A DNA stretch of 63,732 nucleotides, the filler included, from Octopus bimaculoides (taxonomy: Eukaryota): NCBI RefSeq assembly GCF_001194135.2. It is 5 parts of 4 records of this genome, joined end to end, with 100 filler letters (N's around TTAATTAATTAA, not from the genome) between each part and the next. Parts side by side here need not be neighbours in the genome. Positions count along the whole stretch, not along the records: positions 1 to 25,709 come from NC_068984.1; positions 25,810 to 50,620 come from NC_068985.1; 3 more parts are not named here. One strand, 5' to 3'. The stretch's first letter is position 1. Each line of letters begins with the position of its first letter. This document shows, piece after piece, positions 25,472 to 36,490 of this stretch. A program made the translations under genes and the position numbers. Below the pieces are notes generated by a model, which saw nothing but the letters and a program-made list of their open reading frames with translations, was not told where the DNA came from and made no database searches.

Positions 25472-25709
25472 ATCATCATCATCATCATCGTTTAACGTCC
25501 GCTTTCCATGCTAGCATGAGTTGGACGATTTGACTGAGGACTGGTGAAACCGGATGGCAACACCAGGCTCCAATCTAATTTGGCAGAGTTTCTACAGCTG
25601 GATGCCCTTCCTAACGCCAACCACTCAGAGAGTGTAGTGGGTGCTTTTACGTGTCACCCGCACGAAAACGGCCACGCTCGAAATGGTGTCTTTTATGTGC
25701 CACCCGCAC
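25472..25709 (-). mobile_element. RTE 3'UTR-type repeat (family C), truncated by the spacer
   Basis: (CAT)n GTTTAACGTCC..GGATGCCCTTCCTAACGCCAACCAC. Confidence 0.85.
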
Positions 25710-25809
25710 NNNNNNNNNNNNNNNNNNNNNNNNNNNNNNNNNNNNNNNNNNNNTTAATTAATTAANNNNNNNNNNNNNNNNNNNNNNNNNNNNNNNNNNN
25801 NNNNNNNNN
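25710..25809. other. Artificial contig spacer (44 N + TTAATTAATTAA + 44 N)
   Basis: Identical at four sites; the 12-mer has stops in all six frames. Confidence 0.95.
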
Positions 25810-26405
25810 GGCATGTAAAAAGCACTATTCAAGCGTGATCGTTACCAGTGCCGGTGGCACGTGAAAAAACATTCGAGCAAGGTCACTGTCAGTGCCGCTG
25901 GACTGGTTCCTGTGCAGATGGCACGTAAAAAACACCATTTGAATGTAGCCATTGCCAGTACCGCCTGGCTGGCATTCGTGCTGGTGGCATGTAAAAGCAC
26001 CCACTACACTCTTGGAGTGGTTGGCGTTAAGGACATCCAGCTGTAGAAATTCTGCCAGATCAGATTGGAGCTTGGTGCAGTCATCTGGTTTCACCAGTCC
26101 TCAGTCAAATCGTCCAACCCATGCTAGCATGGAAAGCGGACGTTAAACGATGATGATGATGAACATGAGCACTATCCAAACGTGATTGATGTCAGAGCTG
26201 CCTGACTGGCTCCCATGCTGGTGGCACATAAAAAGCACCCACTACTCTCAAGGAGTGGTTGGTGTTAGGAAGGGCATCCAGCAGTACAAACATTGCCAGA
26301 TAAGATTGGTGCCTGGTGCAGCCACTGGCCTTTCCAGACCTCAGTCAAATCATCCAACCCATGCCAACATGGAAAACGGATGTTAAATGATGATGATGAT
26401 GATGA
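25810..26405 (+). mobile_element. Two tandem family C repeats with (GAT)n tails
   Basis: Tails at ~26150 and ~26390. Confidence 0.85.
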
Positions 26406-27169
26406 TAATGAACTACTCAAAAACCTTCTGAAGGTGGTGTTTCTATTATAATAAATATTTGTCATATTTTATAAGTATAGTTACCGCTTTGACACCACAT
26501 GAAGAGTAAAATGTAGATTCCAACTAATCTATGTCAAATGATCAACAATCAATTCCTCAAAGTAGTTCTTTCATTACACTTACAGAGCTGCTGATTGAGC
26601 AAAAAAAAAAAAATATGAGTGTCTTAACTTCCAAATTCTCCCTCCTCTAACAAGTTAATAATACTGACTAGTGATGGATACCAGATTATAAAAATGTCAA
26701 CAGTTGATGATTTAGTGTACTTCTGTAAGATAATTAAAATATTGACAGTCATTTGTTGGTAATAAATACTGAAAAACAATTACAAAAATGTAAAAGCTTC
26801 CACAACAGACAGTCAAAGAGAAGACTATAAATCTTCAAGTGCAGTTTTTCCAGATACACTGGCCTAAACTTTTTGTGAAAACACTTGCTCAAATGCTTAG
26901 GCCGTTGGGATTAAGATGAGAAGCACACTGTGTCCTTAGACAAGATACTTCAGTTTATAATGCTCCAATCCACTCAGTGAAAATTAGTAGCATCTACTGC
27001 CGAGGTCCCATGCAGATGATGAGTCCAATATCTTGCAAACACAAGATGTTAACAACTCTTGGAGGCCTACCACACACTGATGATGATGTCTAAATTTGAG
27101 CAAGAGATCGTTTGTAGTGAGACACAATGTTATGGGGTTAAGATACTGGATTAGTTGTTTTCTACTCTA

Positions 27170-27370
27170 TGCACAAGGCCTGAAATTTTGGGGGAGGGGG
27201 CCAGTCAATTAGATCAACCTCAGTACGCAACTGGTACTTAATTTATCGACCCCGAAAGAATGAAAGGCAAAGTCAACTTCGGTGGAATTTGATCTCAGAA
27301 CGTAAAGACAGACGAAATATCGCTAAGCATTTCACCCAGTGTGCTAACGTTTCTGTCAGCTTGCCGCCAT
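27170..27370 (-). mobile_element. SINE family B
   Basis: Full head and core in reverse orientation. Confidence 0.85.
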
Positions 27371-27839
27371 AAGATACTGGATTAGTGACCACATAGTCAA
27401 GAGACCACATTTTATTACAGCCATAACAGCTGCTACTGTCAAGAACCTGAACAAAACTCCTACCTCAGTTTATACTGACTGAAGCAAAAAATAAAAATAA
27501 AATCAAAACTTCAAATTTACAGTTCCTTAATTAGGAGAAGACATGCCATCAAGCTGCAAAAAACACTTGCTCCAACAAGCAAACCATTCCATTCATGCAA
27601 CAGTCATTGAAAAGTGAATGTAAAATAATGGCGGGGAAAAATTAATAGATTTCCCTTTAGTAGATTCTGTGAAAAGTAATTTTTACTTAAAAGTCAGCTG
27701 CTAACCTTCAGTTTTAAAACTAGATCCAAGATATTTGTTTCAGAATATAAACTTCACAACAGAAAAAAAAAAAACTCTCAAATTCAAAATTATTTTTAGT
27801 ATAAAGATTTACATTAAAGAAGTAAGAGAAGCTTTTCCT

Positions 27840-28330
27840 ATGTATTAAGCCTGCAATAGAATATATATCATGGTAAGAATATATAATATNNNNNNNNNNN
27901 NNNNGAAGATATATATAATATAAGAATATATATCATGGTAAGAATATATAATATGAAAAGAATATATATATAATATAAGAATATATATCATGGTAAGAAT
28001 ATATAATATGATAAGAATATATATATAATATAAGAATATATATCATGGTAAGAATATATAATATAATAAGAAGATATATATAATATAAGAATATATATCA
28101 TGGTAAGAATATATAATATGAAAAGAATATATATATAATATAAGAATATATATCATGGTAAGAATATATAATATGATAAGAATATATATATAATATAAGA
28201 ATATATATCATGGTAAGAATATATAATATAATAAGAATATATATATAATATAAGAATATATATCATGGTAAGAATATATAATATAATAAGAATATGTCTA
28301 TAATATAAGAATATATATCATAGTAAGAAT
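27840..28330. repeat. AT-rich minisatellite, ~56-bp unit marked by TATATCATGGTAAGAATAT, ~8-9 copies
   Basis: Periodic CATGGTAAG; includes a short N gap. Confidence 0.9.
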
Positions 28331-28334
28331 AAAT

Positions 28335-28570
28335 AAGGCGGTGAGCTGGCAGAATCGTTAGCAAGCCGGGCAAAATGCTTAGCGGTGTTTCATCTACCGT
28401 TACGTTCTGTGTTCAAATTCCGCTGAGGTCAACTTTGCCTTTCATCCTTTCGGGGCCGATTAAATAAGTACCAGTTACGCACTGGGTTCGATATAATCGA
28501 CTTAACCCCTTTGTCTGTCCTTGTTTGTCCCCTCTATGTTCAGCCACTTGTGGGCAATAAAGAAACAAGA
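28335..28570 (+). mobile_element. SINE family B, full length
   Basis: AAGGCGGTGAGCTGGCAGAATCG..GGGCAATAAAGAAACAAG. Confidence 0.9.
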
Positions 28571-28688
28571 ATATATAAGCCTTCAATGAGCCAAATCTTC
28601 AACAGTTTTGATGCCTGATTCTGGTCATTGCACTCAATTGACTGTGCAAAAGCACCAGAAATAAGCATAGTGTACAATCTAATTTCAC

Positions 28689-28809
28689 CTGTTTTTGACA
28701 ACTGACTGAGACACCAACAAACACATAGGTCAGAGGTTTCTTTCCCTCGCAGGTATTTTGTTGTGTCACTGGACTGGACAATTGATTGTCTGCGTTCCAG
28801 TTCACTCAA
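28689..28809 (-). CDS. Candidate downstream exon of the bHLH gene (LSELERRQSIVQSSDTTKYLRGKE..)
   Basis: Acceptor TTTTCTGCAG in phase 0; possible donor CAG|GTGAAA, or read-through to a stop at 28540; no homology support. Confidence 0.35.
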
Positions 28810-28879
28810 CTGCAGAAAATGCAAACCAGGTACATTTTCTGATATTGAAGTCTGGTATTATATCTATGAATCTGGGAGT

Positions 28880-29298
28880 TTTATGGAAACTCTTTTACTC
28901 TTTTACTTGTTTCAATCATTTGACTGCGACCATGCTGGAGCACCGCCTTTAGTCGAGCAAATTGACCCCAGGACTTATTCTTTGTAAGCCTAGTGCTTAT
29001 TCTATCGGTCTATTTTGCCAAACCACTCCACTAAGTTATGGGGATGTAAACACACCAGCATCGGTTGTCAAGCAATGTTGGGGAGACAAACACTGACACA
29101 AAAACATACACACATATATATATACATATATACGACAGGCTTCTTTCAGTTTCCGTCTACCAAATCCACTCACAAAGCTTTGGTCGGCCCGAGGCTATAG
29201 TAGAAGACATTAGCCCAAAGTGCCACACAGAGGCACTGAACCCAGAACCATGTGGTTGGTAAGCAAGCTACTTACCACACAGCCACTCCTGCACCTAT
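28880..29298 (-). mobile_element. SINE family A, full length
   Basis: Head, microsatellite centre and AAAAGAGT tail. Confidence 0.9.
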
Positions 29299-29422
29299 AA
29301 GCTTAATATTTTTAAAAGCTGTATTCAATCTTATTAAAAACTGAGGTAAAACGCTAAAACTTAAATTCAAGACCATGTATCTAGTAATTCAGCATGGTAT
29401 CTGAACAATTTCAGTAACTTAC

Positions 29423-29428
29423 TGTAAT
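29423..29428 (-). CDS. Candidate 6-nt microexon (ATTACA, Ile-Thr), or start of a short terminal exon ITVSY*
   Basis: TTGTCTTGTTTTCTTCAG|ATTACA|GTAAGT; frame-preserving. Confidence 0.35.
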
Positions 29429-29631
29429 CTGAAGAAAACAAGACAAATATTTATTCAAATAGTTCTGTTAGCCACATTATATTATGCAGCTACAGCACAA
29501 TTCCTCAAACTCAAAATTTATAAAAAGATTACTCTTGTCTAAAAAAAAGAATTGGATTGAAAACAATAATGACATTGAATCCTAATGACAGCAGGAAAAC
29601 CTTTGAAATATCACGAACTTCTTTTACTGAC

Positions 29632-29773
29632 CCTGTCATAATCAGTTCCAACGTGACTTTGAAGGAAATAGATGTAGCGAGCTGCATACTCAAATACTGT
29701 TGCTTTATCAGTTTTATCTGACAGTCCAGGCACCAGTCGTCTCATTAAGTCACAAGCAATGGTGATACGGGCT
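29632..29773 (-). CDS. bHLH gene, helix-loop-helix exon (TCFL5/SOHLH-like)
   Basis: (R)ARITIACDLMRRLVPGLSDKTDKATVFEYAARYIYFLQSHVGTDYDR; CTTCCAG acceptor in phase 2, GTCAGT donor; resembles TCFL5 RIRICCDELNLLVP..TDKAT. Confidence 0.85.
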
Positions 29774-30032
29774 CTGGAAGAGTGGTAGAAATATTAAAAG
29801 CAATGAAGAATTAACTTTCAAAACAATATGTGAAAATAAATATATAAAGAGTCATAGGAGTATAAAAAAAATTGCATCAACATTTGAGTTTCGAAAAGAG
29901 AACGTTATTGTTTAAATCAAGTTTTTTAAAGTTGGATGTAATTTTGTAATGTTTAGAGCATCTGATTCTAAAGCTGAAAGTAGCAATCATTCTTCAGTGA
30001 GAGTAGACACTGGCTTTTTTTCCATTTTAATT

Positions 30033-30227
30033 ACTCTTACTCTTTTACTTGTTTCAGTCATTTGACTGTGGCCATGCTGGAGCACCGCCTTTAGTCAAGC
30101 AAATCGACCCCAGGACTTATTCTATCGGTCTCTTTTGCTGAACCGCTAAGTTACGGGGATGTAAACACACCAACATCGGTTGTCAAGCAAATGTTGGGGG
30201 ACAAACACAGACACACAAACATACACG

Positions 30228-30267
<40 letters not shown>

Positions 30268-30555
30268 GACAAGCTTCTTTCAGTTTCCGTCTACCAAATC
30301 CACTCACAAGGCTTTGGTCAGCCCAAGGCTTTGGTCAGCCCAAGGCTTTGGTCAGCCCAANNNNNNNNNNGGTCAGCCCAAGGCTTTGGTCAGCCCAAGG
30401 CTTTGGTCAGCCCAAGGCTTTGGTCAGCCCAAGGCTTTGGTCAGCCCAAGGCTATAGTAGAAGACACTTGCCCAAGGTGCCACGCAGTGGGACTGAACCC
30501 AGAACCAAGTGATTGATAAGCAAGCTACTTACCACACAGCCACTCCTACGCCTAT
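30033..30555 (-). mobile_element. SINE family A with an internal 17-bp tandem run (GGCTTTGGTCAGCCCAA) around a 10-N gap
   Basis: Direct reading. Confidence 0.85.
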
Positions 30556-30891
30556 TGTTGAGTACTCTGTCAACTTTACTCAAATAGACCTGTGACAAAG
30601 AAGTATTCAGTTGAATTTTTAAAGGTCACCAACATATCTAGCAAAATAAATGTGACCCAGGACTCACAGGGCCAGTTATCAAGTTTCAAAGCCATATAAG
30701 TGGGCAAGTTCACAAACATTCCACTGTCGCAAACTTACTCGTTTACAGCTGATTAGACTGGAGCAACATGAAATAAGGTGCTTTACTCAAGAACACAACA
30801 CACTGCCTAATCTTGGAACCAAATCTACACTCTTGCAATTGGGAGTGTACTACCCCAAACACAAGGTCATGAACCTTCACATGTGTTACAC

Positions 30892-31205
30892 CAGATGTTC
30901 TCAAACTTTTAGGGGCCACAGCACCCCTCATGGCCACAAGATACCCTCAGCACCCCCACCCCCATTATTATATATAAATAAATATTTTATATTTTACTAA
31001 TTTATATATACTATGAATCATTTGATATTTAATATAATATATAATTTGTATACAATACGATAATAATATTATAAATTCATAGCTTCCCCCAATCCTTCCT
31101 TTTTCTCTCCCCCATCCTGCATCATCCCCTTAGACACCAGCACCCACTTGGAGTCTCTCAACGCCCACGGGTGTAGTGGGGTAGCGCCCACTTTGAGAAC
31201 CTATG
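30892..31205. mobile_element. hAT-type MITE
   Basis: CAGATGTTCTCAAA / TTTGAGAACCTATG termini; perfect 8-bp TSD TGTTACAC. Confidence 0.85.
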
Positions 31206-31982
31206 TGTTACACCATGCACAACATGGCTGAATAAAATGTGTTACTTTGGGTTTATCAAAAGTAACAAAGTATGGCAATTTGGTCATTAATCATTCAATC
31301 TGTTGTTCAGTTTTTGTAGGGTTTGTTTTTCACCACCCACCCCACCATCGAAAGACAAAGAAGTAAAGGAGTAATCTTTGTCAGTGTATCAAAGATTTGA
31401 TTGATTCTTGAGTTTAGTCCTAAGATTGAACAGATCAATAACAGGACAAGACAATCCCATCTTTTGTGGGGGCATTGTATATCTAAGACTACCTTATCCA
31501 ATGTGTTTCTTCTTTCTCTCTCAAATGACACCTTACCATTTTTCTCCAAGATGGTAGGGTGTCATTTGAGCAAAAATCTGGCTACTATTTCCAGCAGAAC
31601 AAGCCACCACCTAGAGGCTCTTTTGTTGGCATATCATATCAGATGAGCCAAACAAAATTGACGTCAATTTACTATCCATTGACAAACTGGCTTAAACCCA
31701 ACCAAAACAAATCAGTATCGATTTCTTTTATAAACAAGCGCTAAAGCTTGTCATGTGTAAAGAATACGCCACAGACAGTTCCGCAAAGATCAGTGGAATA
31801 AAGTAAGTACCTCACTCGTTTTCCTGTAAGGGTTGGCTCGAGGATGGGGGGGGGGCATATGACCAGAGAATACCCTCAATACTCATCAAACCCATACTGG
31901 CATTGAAAAGGCAGGCGTAAAATACGATGATGGCGATAATGACCATAAAACTAATTTTAAAAAAGAAATTTTTAAAAATAAC

Positions 31983-32191
31983 CTTCTTTTCCTTTCATTC
32001 AAATTATGCTGATGTCGGGATGGATCATCTTCTTTGGCATTCGTTTGATCTGTTTTGTTATAAGATACCATATTATCTTCAGTATTATTTGGACTTTTAA
32101 AAGAAGTCACTGAGTTGGACAAATTTTCAGGTGGACTATTGTTCTCTTCTCCGCTGCTATTCAAATTCAAACTGTTTGTTGGTGTTTTCAG
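31983..32191 (-). CDS. bHLH gene, exon ending in the basic region (RHQHNLNERKR|R)
   Basis: TTTTGAAG acceptor in phase 0; 209 nt ending phase 2 at AG|GTTATT, in phase with the HLH exon. Confidence 0.8.
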
Positions 32192-32906
32192 CTTCAAAAA
32201 ATAAATAACTACATTAGCTCAAATTAAAAATACTTCGGCAATATTTTTTGACGATACAAATTAAAATTTATGAACAGAAAAAAAATCGAATGCAAATTAG
32301 TGTCTTCTTAGATTTACTCTTTATTTCATTAAATTTATGAATATATTTACAAAAGATATTGAGGACTTGAGAAAAATATGAAACAAACTTTGCATTTCGT
32401 TGTGATCTCTATTTATTAAGTTTAAAGATGTAAATGTATTATTACATCAAACTTAGCTCAACTGCTAATTAAATTAATTGTTCTACTACAAACGATTAAC
32501 TTCATATAGGGATTGGTGCTATATAAAAATGAGACAAAGATTATTTCTAAATTCTTATCGTTTATACTGACTGAACTTAGTCAACCAACCTGAGTTCTGT
32601 GATAAAAACTTCCTATTTTCATAAAGTGATCTTAATTAAAACCTTCCTTTAAAATTTTGGGTTAATTTATATCCCAAACACTAGTTTGATGACAAAGTTA
32701 TTTCACTAAATTCTTTACTATTTTGAAAATTTATTGAAACAAAAAGCAGTTGTATTTCAACAGAAATATGGTAACATAAGGGTCGTGTCTCCATTGTAAT
32801 TATTTTAATATAATCATTTAGCATTTCAAAGATAATATACATGAGGACATATTCTTTACAATATATTGAGGCTAATATGAAAGAATGAAGGAAATTTTTT
32901 TGATAC

Positions 32907-33162
32907 CTGTAATGGTAATCCGTTGTTTAAAACATTATGGCAGTAAATCACATGGCTAGCTTTTGATATAGGAGTATGGACTATTTGGTTTCCAGTCTGA
33001 GAGACTTTAAGTGGTTCAAGGTGATGTGGAGATTGTGTGACTAAGATGATATTATTGTCCGATTGTTGACCATAAATTGAAGAAAATGTCTCTTGACTAC
33101 TGGCGTGATGGTCAACTGGTGCAACAATTCCTTGCATACCATTTAAAATACCAAGTGGGCTG
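32907..33162 (-). CDS. bHLH gene, internal exon (SPLGILNGMQG..NGLPLQ)
   Basis: Acceptor TTTTTAAG in phase 2, donor CAG|GTATCA in phase 0; both match the neighbouring exons. Confidence 0.75.
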
Positions 33163-33441
33163 CTTAAAAAATGCAATAAAGGAACTTCAGTTGAGTTATC
33201 TTTTAAATTGAAGCTACAAATACATTAAAATATATAATCATTTAGTTTTAAATACTTCTCTACAAAAAACATGCATTGAGTGGTTCTCTATGGAGGTACT
33301 TTCAGTTCAGACCCAGTTAATGTTCTCAATATTGAAAACTTAACTGTGAATCCTCAAAAACGTTTTTATACCTCTGCTTTCATTCATAATTACACACACA
33401 CACACATATTATACATACATTCATATATGCACACATACATA

Positions 33442-33558
33442 TATGGGTAAATTTTCAGATTAACACTCGTACGATTACCTAACCTTAATCCTACTCCCTA
33501 AAACCTAAAACACCCTAGTGAAAATCGTGTGGGTGTTAATCTGAAAATTTACCCCATA
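33442..33558. mobile_element. Small hairpin MITE with a telomere-like CCTAA core
   Basis: 25-26-bp arms TATGGG(G)TAAATTTTCAGATTAACAC; core CCTAACCTTAATCCTACTCCCTAAAACCTAAAAC. Confidence 0.75.
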
Positions 33559-33601
33559 TATGTATACACACATATTTTTGTATAAACACATACATGTACA
33601 T

Positions 33602-33765
33602 AGGCGCAGGAGTGGCTGTGTGGTAAGTAACTTCCTTACCAACCACATGGGCTCGGGTTCAGTCCCATTGCGTGGCATCTTGGGCAAGTGTCTTCTACTA
33701 TAGCCTCAGGCCGACCAAAGCCTTGTGAGTGGATTTGGTAGACGGAAACTGAAAGAAGCCCGTCG

Positions 33766-33848
<83 letters not shown>

Positions 33849-34062
33849 GTGTGCGTGTGTGTGTGTTTGTCCCCCACAACATCGCTTGACAACCGATGCT
33901 GGTGTGTTTAGGTCCCCGTAACTTAGCGGTTCGGCAAAAGAGACCGATAGAATAAGTACTAGGCTTACAAAGAATAAGCCCTGGGTTTGATTTGATTCGA
34001 CTAAAGGCGGTGCTCCAGCATGGCCGCTGTCAAATGACTAAAACAAGTAAAAGAGAGAGAGT
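33602..34062 (+). mobile_element. SINE family A, full length with (TA)n(TG)n centre
   Basis: Best-preserved copy; box-A/B-like head. Confidence 0.9.
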
Positions 34063-34068
34063 ATGTTT

Positions 34069-34102
<34 letters not shown>

Positions 34103-34157
34103 GCATTCAACTCAGATGAGAGAGTAAAGCTTTAAATAATAGTTTTTTTTATCTTAC

Positions 34158-35266
34158 TTTTCTTTTTGCAAGCTATCAAGTTTGGAAGCTGGTAAAAGAT
34201 GTGAGACGGGTGTGTGATCCCTTCTGTGGATGGATCTATAACCACAATTAGAGGAAGACAGAGGCACAAAAGCAGAAGCTGGAGAAGTGGTGGTCGATGC
34301 TGTCTCAGTATTATTTAACCTCATTGTATTAAGCAGATGGTCGGGGACATCGCTGGAAACCTGACAGGGCAACAAGCTGATGTTTAAACCTCCCTGAGGA
34401 ATTTTGGTACCATTTCCGACAAGACTGTTGCTTTGGTTGACATTTTTGCTGACATTCAATCCGAGTTCGGTTGTATTAGAAGTCTGCTCAGAATGGTCAA
34501 AGGAGATAAGAGGAATTGTTGGTCCTGGGTTTACAATTTCTGATTTGTTTGGACTTGAAATGAGTTTTGGGAGCTTTGGGGTTGTGTCTGAAGAAATACT
34601 ATTGTCATTGTTGTTGCTATTATTATTATTATTATTATTATTATGATTATTATTATTGGTGGCGGTGGTCTTATTTGAGTTGGAACAAGGAATCAAAGTC
34701 GACACCTCAGATATGGCGTCGCTGCAGAGATTCTGTCTGACAGCCGATGTGTTACGTGCCACGCCCGAGGAAACCTTCCCAGAAATATCAGTCACTCCAT
34801 CGACATCAACAGCTGAACCCGAACAGATGTTTATTTTTTCGTTCTCGACAGTTGCAACATTATCATTATTATTATTATAACAAGATGTAACGTTACTAGC
34901 CATAGAGCAAACGGTTGTAACAATACTACTACTCTGTCCTATATCTATAGCTGTCGAACAGCTGCGACTAATATGACAATTGTTATCTAAATTCTGTGAG
35001 TTCCAATGGATTATAGTGTTAAATTGGCGATCTGTCGAAGAATCCATGTCTTTGGGTTCTTTTTTCATTATTTTACAAGGTGTTAAGCCATCATTAACAG
35101 TTGCAGAATTAACCATAGCCCGTCCGTAGTTAACATTGGTCTCTTGATTTTCAATCAGTTTCTCTTCTCTTGAACTTCGATCATTTTCCGAAATATCCAA
35201 CGGACATATCGAATTTTGTATGTTTGGAATTTCAGCGTTATTTGCTATTTCTAGATATTTCTCCAT
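34158..35266 (-). CDS. bHLH gene, large first coding exon (Ser/Asn/Thr-rich, poly-Asn tract)
   Basis: ATG at 35266 (MEKYLEIANN..), 1109 nt open to donor AA|GTAAGA (phase 2), matching the next exon. Confidence 0.75.
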
Positions 35267-35859
35267 GTCTATTTTCACCAGGCAAAAAGACAAACAAACA
35301 GCTGGGTTAGAAAACAAAACACTTCACCTCTTAAAAGAGGTTAAAATGAATGTTTAATAAACCCTCTCAACCAAATCAGTTGAATTTTGGTGATTCTATG
35401 GTCGCGTTCTCCAACTTCAAATACAACTCAAACTTTCTTTCTCTTCTTATTCTCATGTAACGTTTCCAAAAAAATATAATAATATTTCAAACAAGATCTC
35501 TTCCCAGTTTTCCAATGCCTCTTTTACTATTGGTAATATTTTCTTTCTTTCTTTCTCTCTTTAACGCGACAATAAATAAAAAAATTTCGACCTTGTAATT
35601 GCTTTTGGTAAAATCAGATGAGTTCCAAGAACCAAACTGGCGTTTACCAAAATTGCATATATATATATATATATAGATAGATAGATAGATAGATAGATAG
35701 ATGTGTGTGTATATGTAACTGCGTGCGTCGTATAGTTATGTTAAAAGCTCCAGCCCTAATCTTTCGACATCATCGTTCCAGAGCAGAAGGTGAAGAGAGT
35801 AAAATGTCAATGGCAAGAAGGAAAAAAAAAAAAATTAATCTCAAGAACGAAGAGAACGC

Positions 35860-35950
35860 GCACCGCTGCGCGTTGTTGTCGTTCAAACGGTGGCGCGTCG
35901 TGATGTCATCGATGACGTCATCGCCGGAAACGGCCGATTCGGTGAGTTCA
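35860..35950. promoter_or_regulatory. CpG-rich promoter: perfect CRE TGACGTCA (35913-20), CRE-like TGATGTCA (35901-08), ETS-like CCGGAA (35924-29)
   Basis: Direct reading; lies ~0.65 kb upstream of the bHLH ATG. Confidence 0.65.
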
Positions 35951-36209
35951 ACCGGTAACAAAATCTGTCGGCATATACGTGTGTGTGTATGTGTAAATAC
36001 ATACACATATATATACATATACACACACACATATTATGTATATGTATGTGTGTGTTATTAATATTTAACAGAAACAAGTGACTCAATAGCCAAGAGTTTA
36101 CGTGTATATATATATATATATATATATATTTGATTTTAATTTTTTATAAATTGATTTTAATTGAGTTTTTACCTGTAATTTTGGATTTTGTCCCTAATAT
36201 TATTATTAT

Positions 36210-36246
<37 letters not shown>

Positions 36247-36264
36247 GGGGGGAGGAGATGTGAG

Positions 36265-36490
36265 CTAAGGCAGCGATCTGGCAGAATCCTTAGCGCGTCG
36301 AACAAAAATGCTTAGCAGTATTTCCTCCAGCTCTTTAGATTCTTAGTTCAAATTTTGCCGAGGTTGACTTTGCCTTCAATCCAAACGGGAGTCGGAAACA
36401 TAAGGTACCAGTCGAGACCGGAATCGATGTAATCCACTTCTCTCCTCCTCTAAAATCGCTGGTCTTGTGCTACAATTTGAAACCGTAGGT
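36265..36490 (+). mobile_element. SINE family B, diverged
   Basis: Head and core recognisable. Confidence 0.75.

Noticed and set aside
26800-26930. Possible next taxilin exon (TVKEKTINLQ..)
   Set aside because: Lacks the conserved KLESLCRELQ-like motif and lies beyond an artificial spacer.
30310-30452. 17-bp tandem expansion inside a SINE
   Set aside because: It straddles a 10-N gap, so the copy number is unreliable.
31886-31982. ORF read-through after the bHLH basic region (LFLKISFLKL..)
   Set aside because: Intronic; the true HLH is the in-phase exon at 29773.
33602-33680. tRNA genes
   Set aside because: The box-A/B-like heads continue into SINE bodies in many copies; no standalone cloverleaf.
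34404-34880. Plus-strand ORFs opposite the bHLH exon
   Set aside because: Antisense shadows of a low-complexity coding exon.
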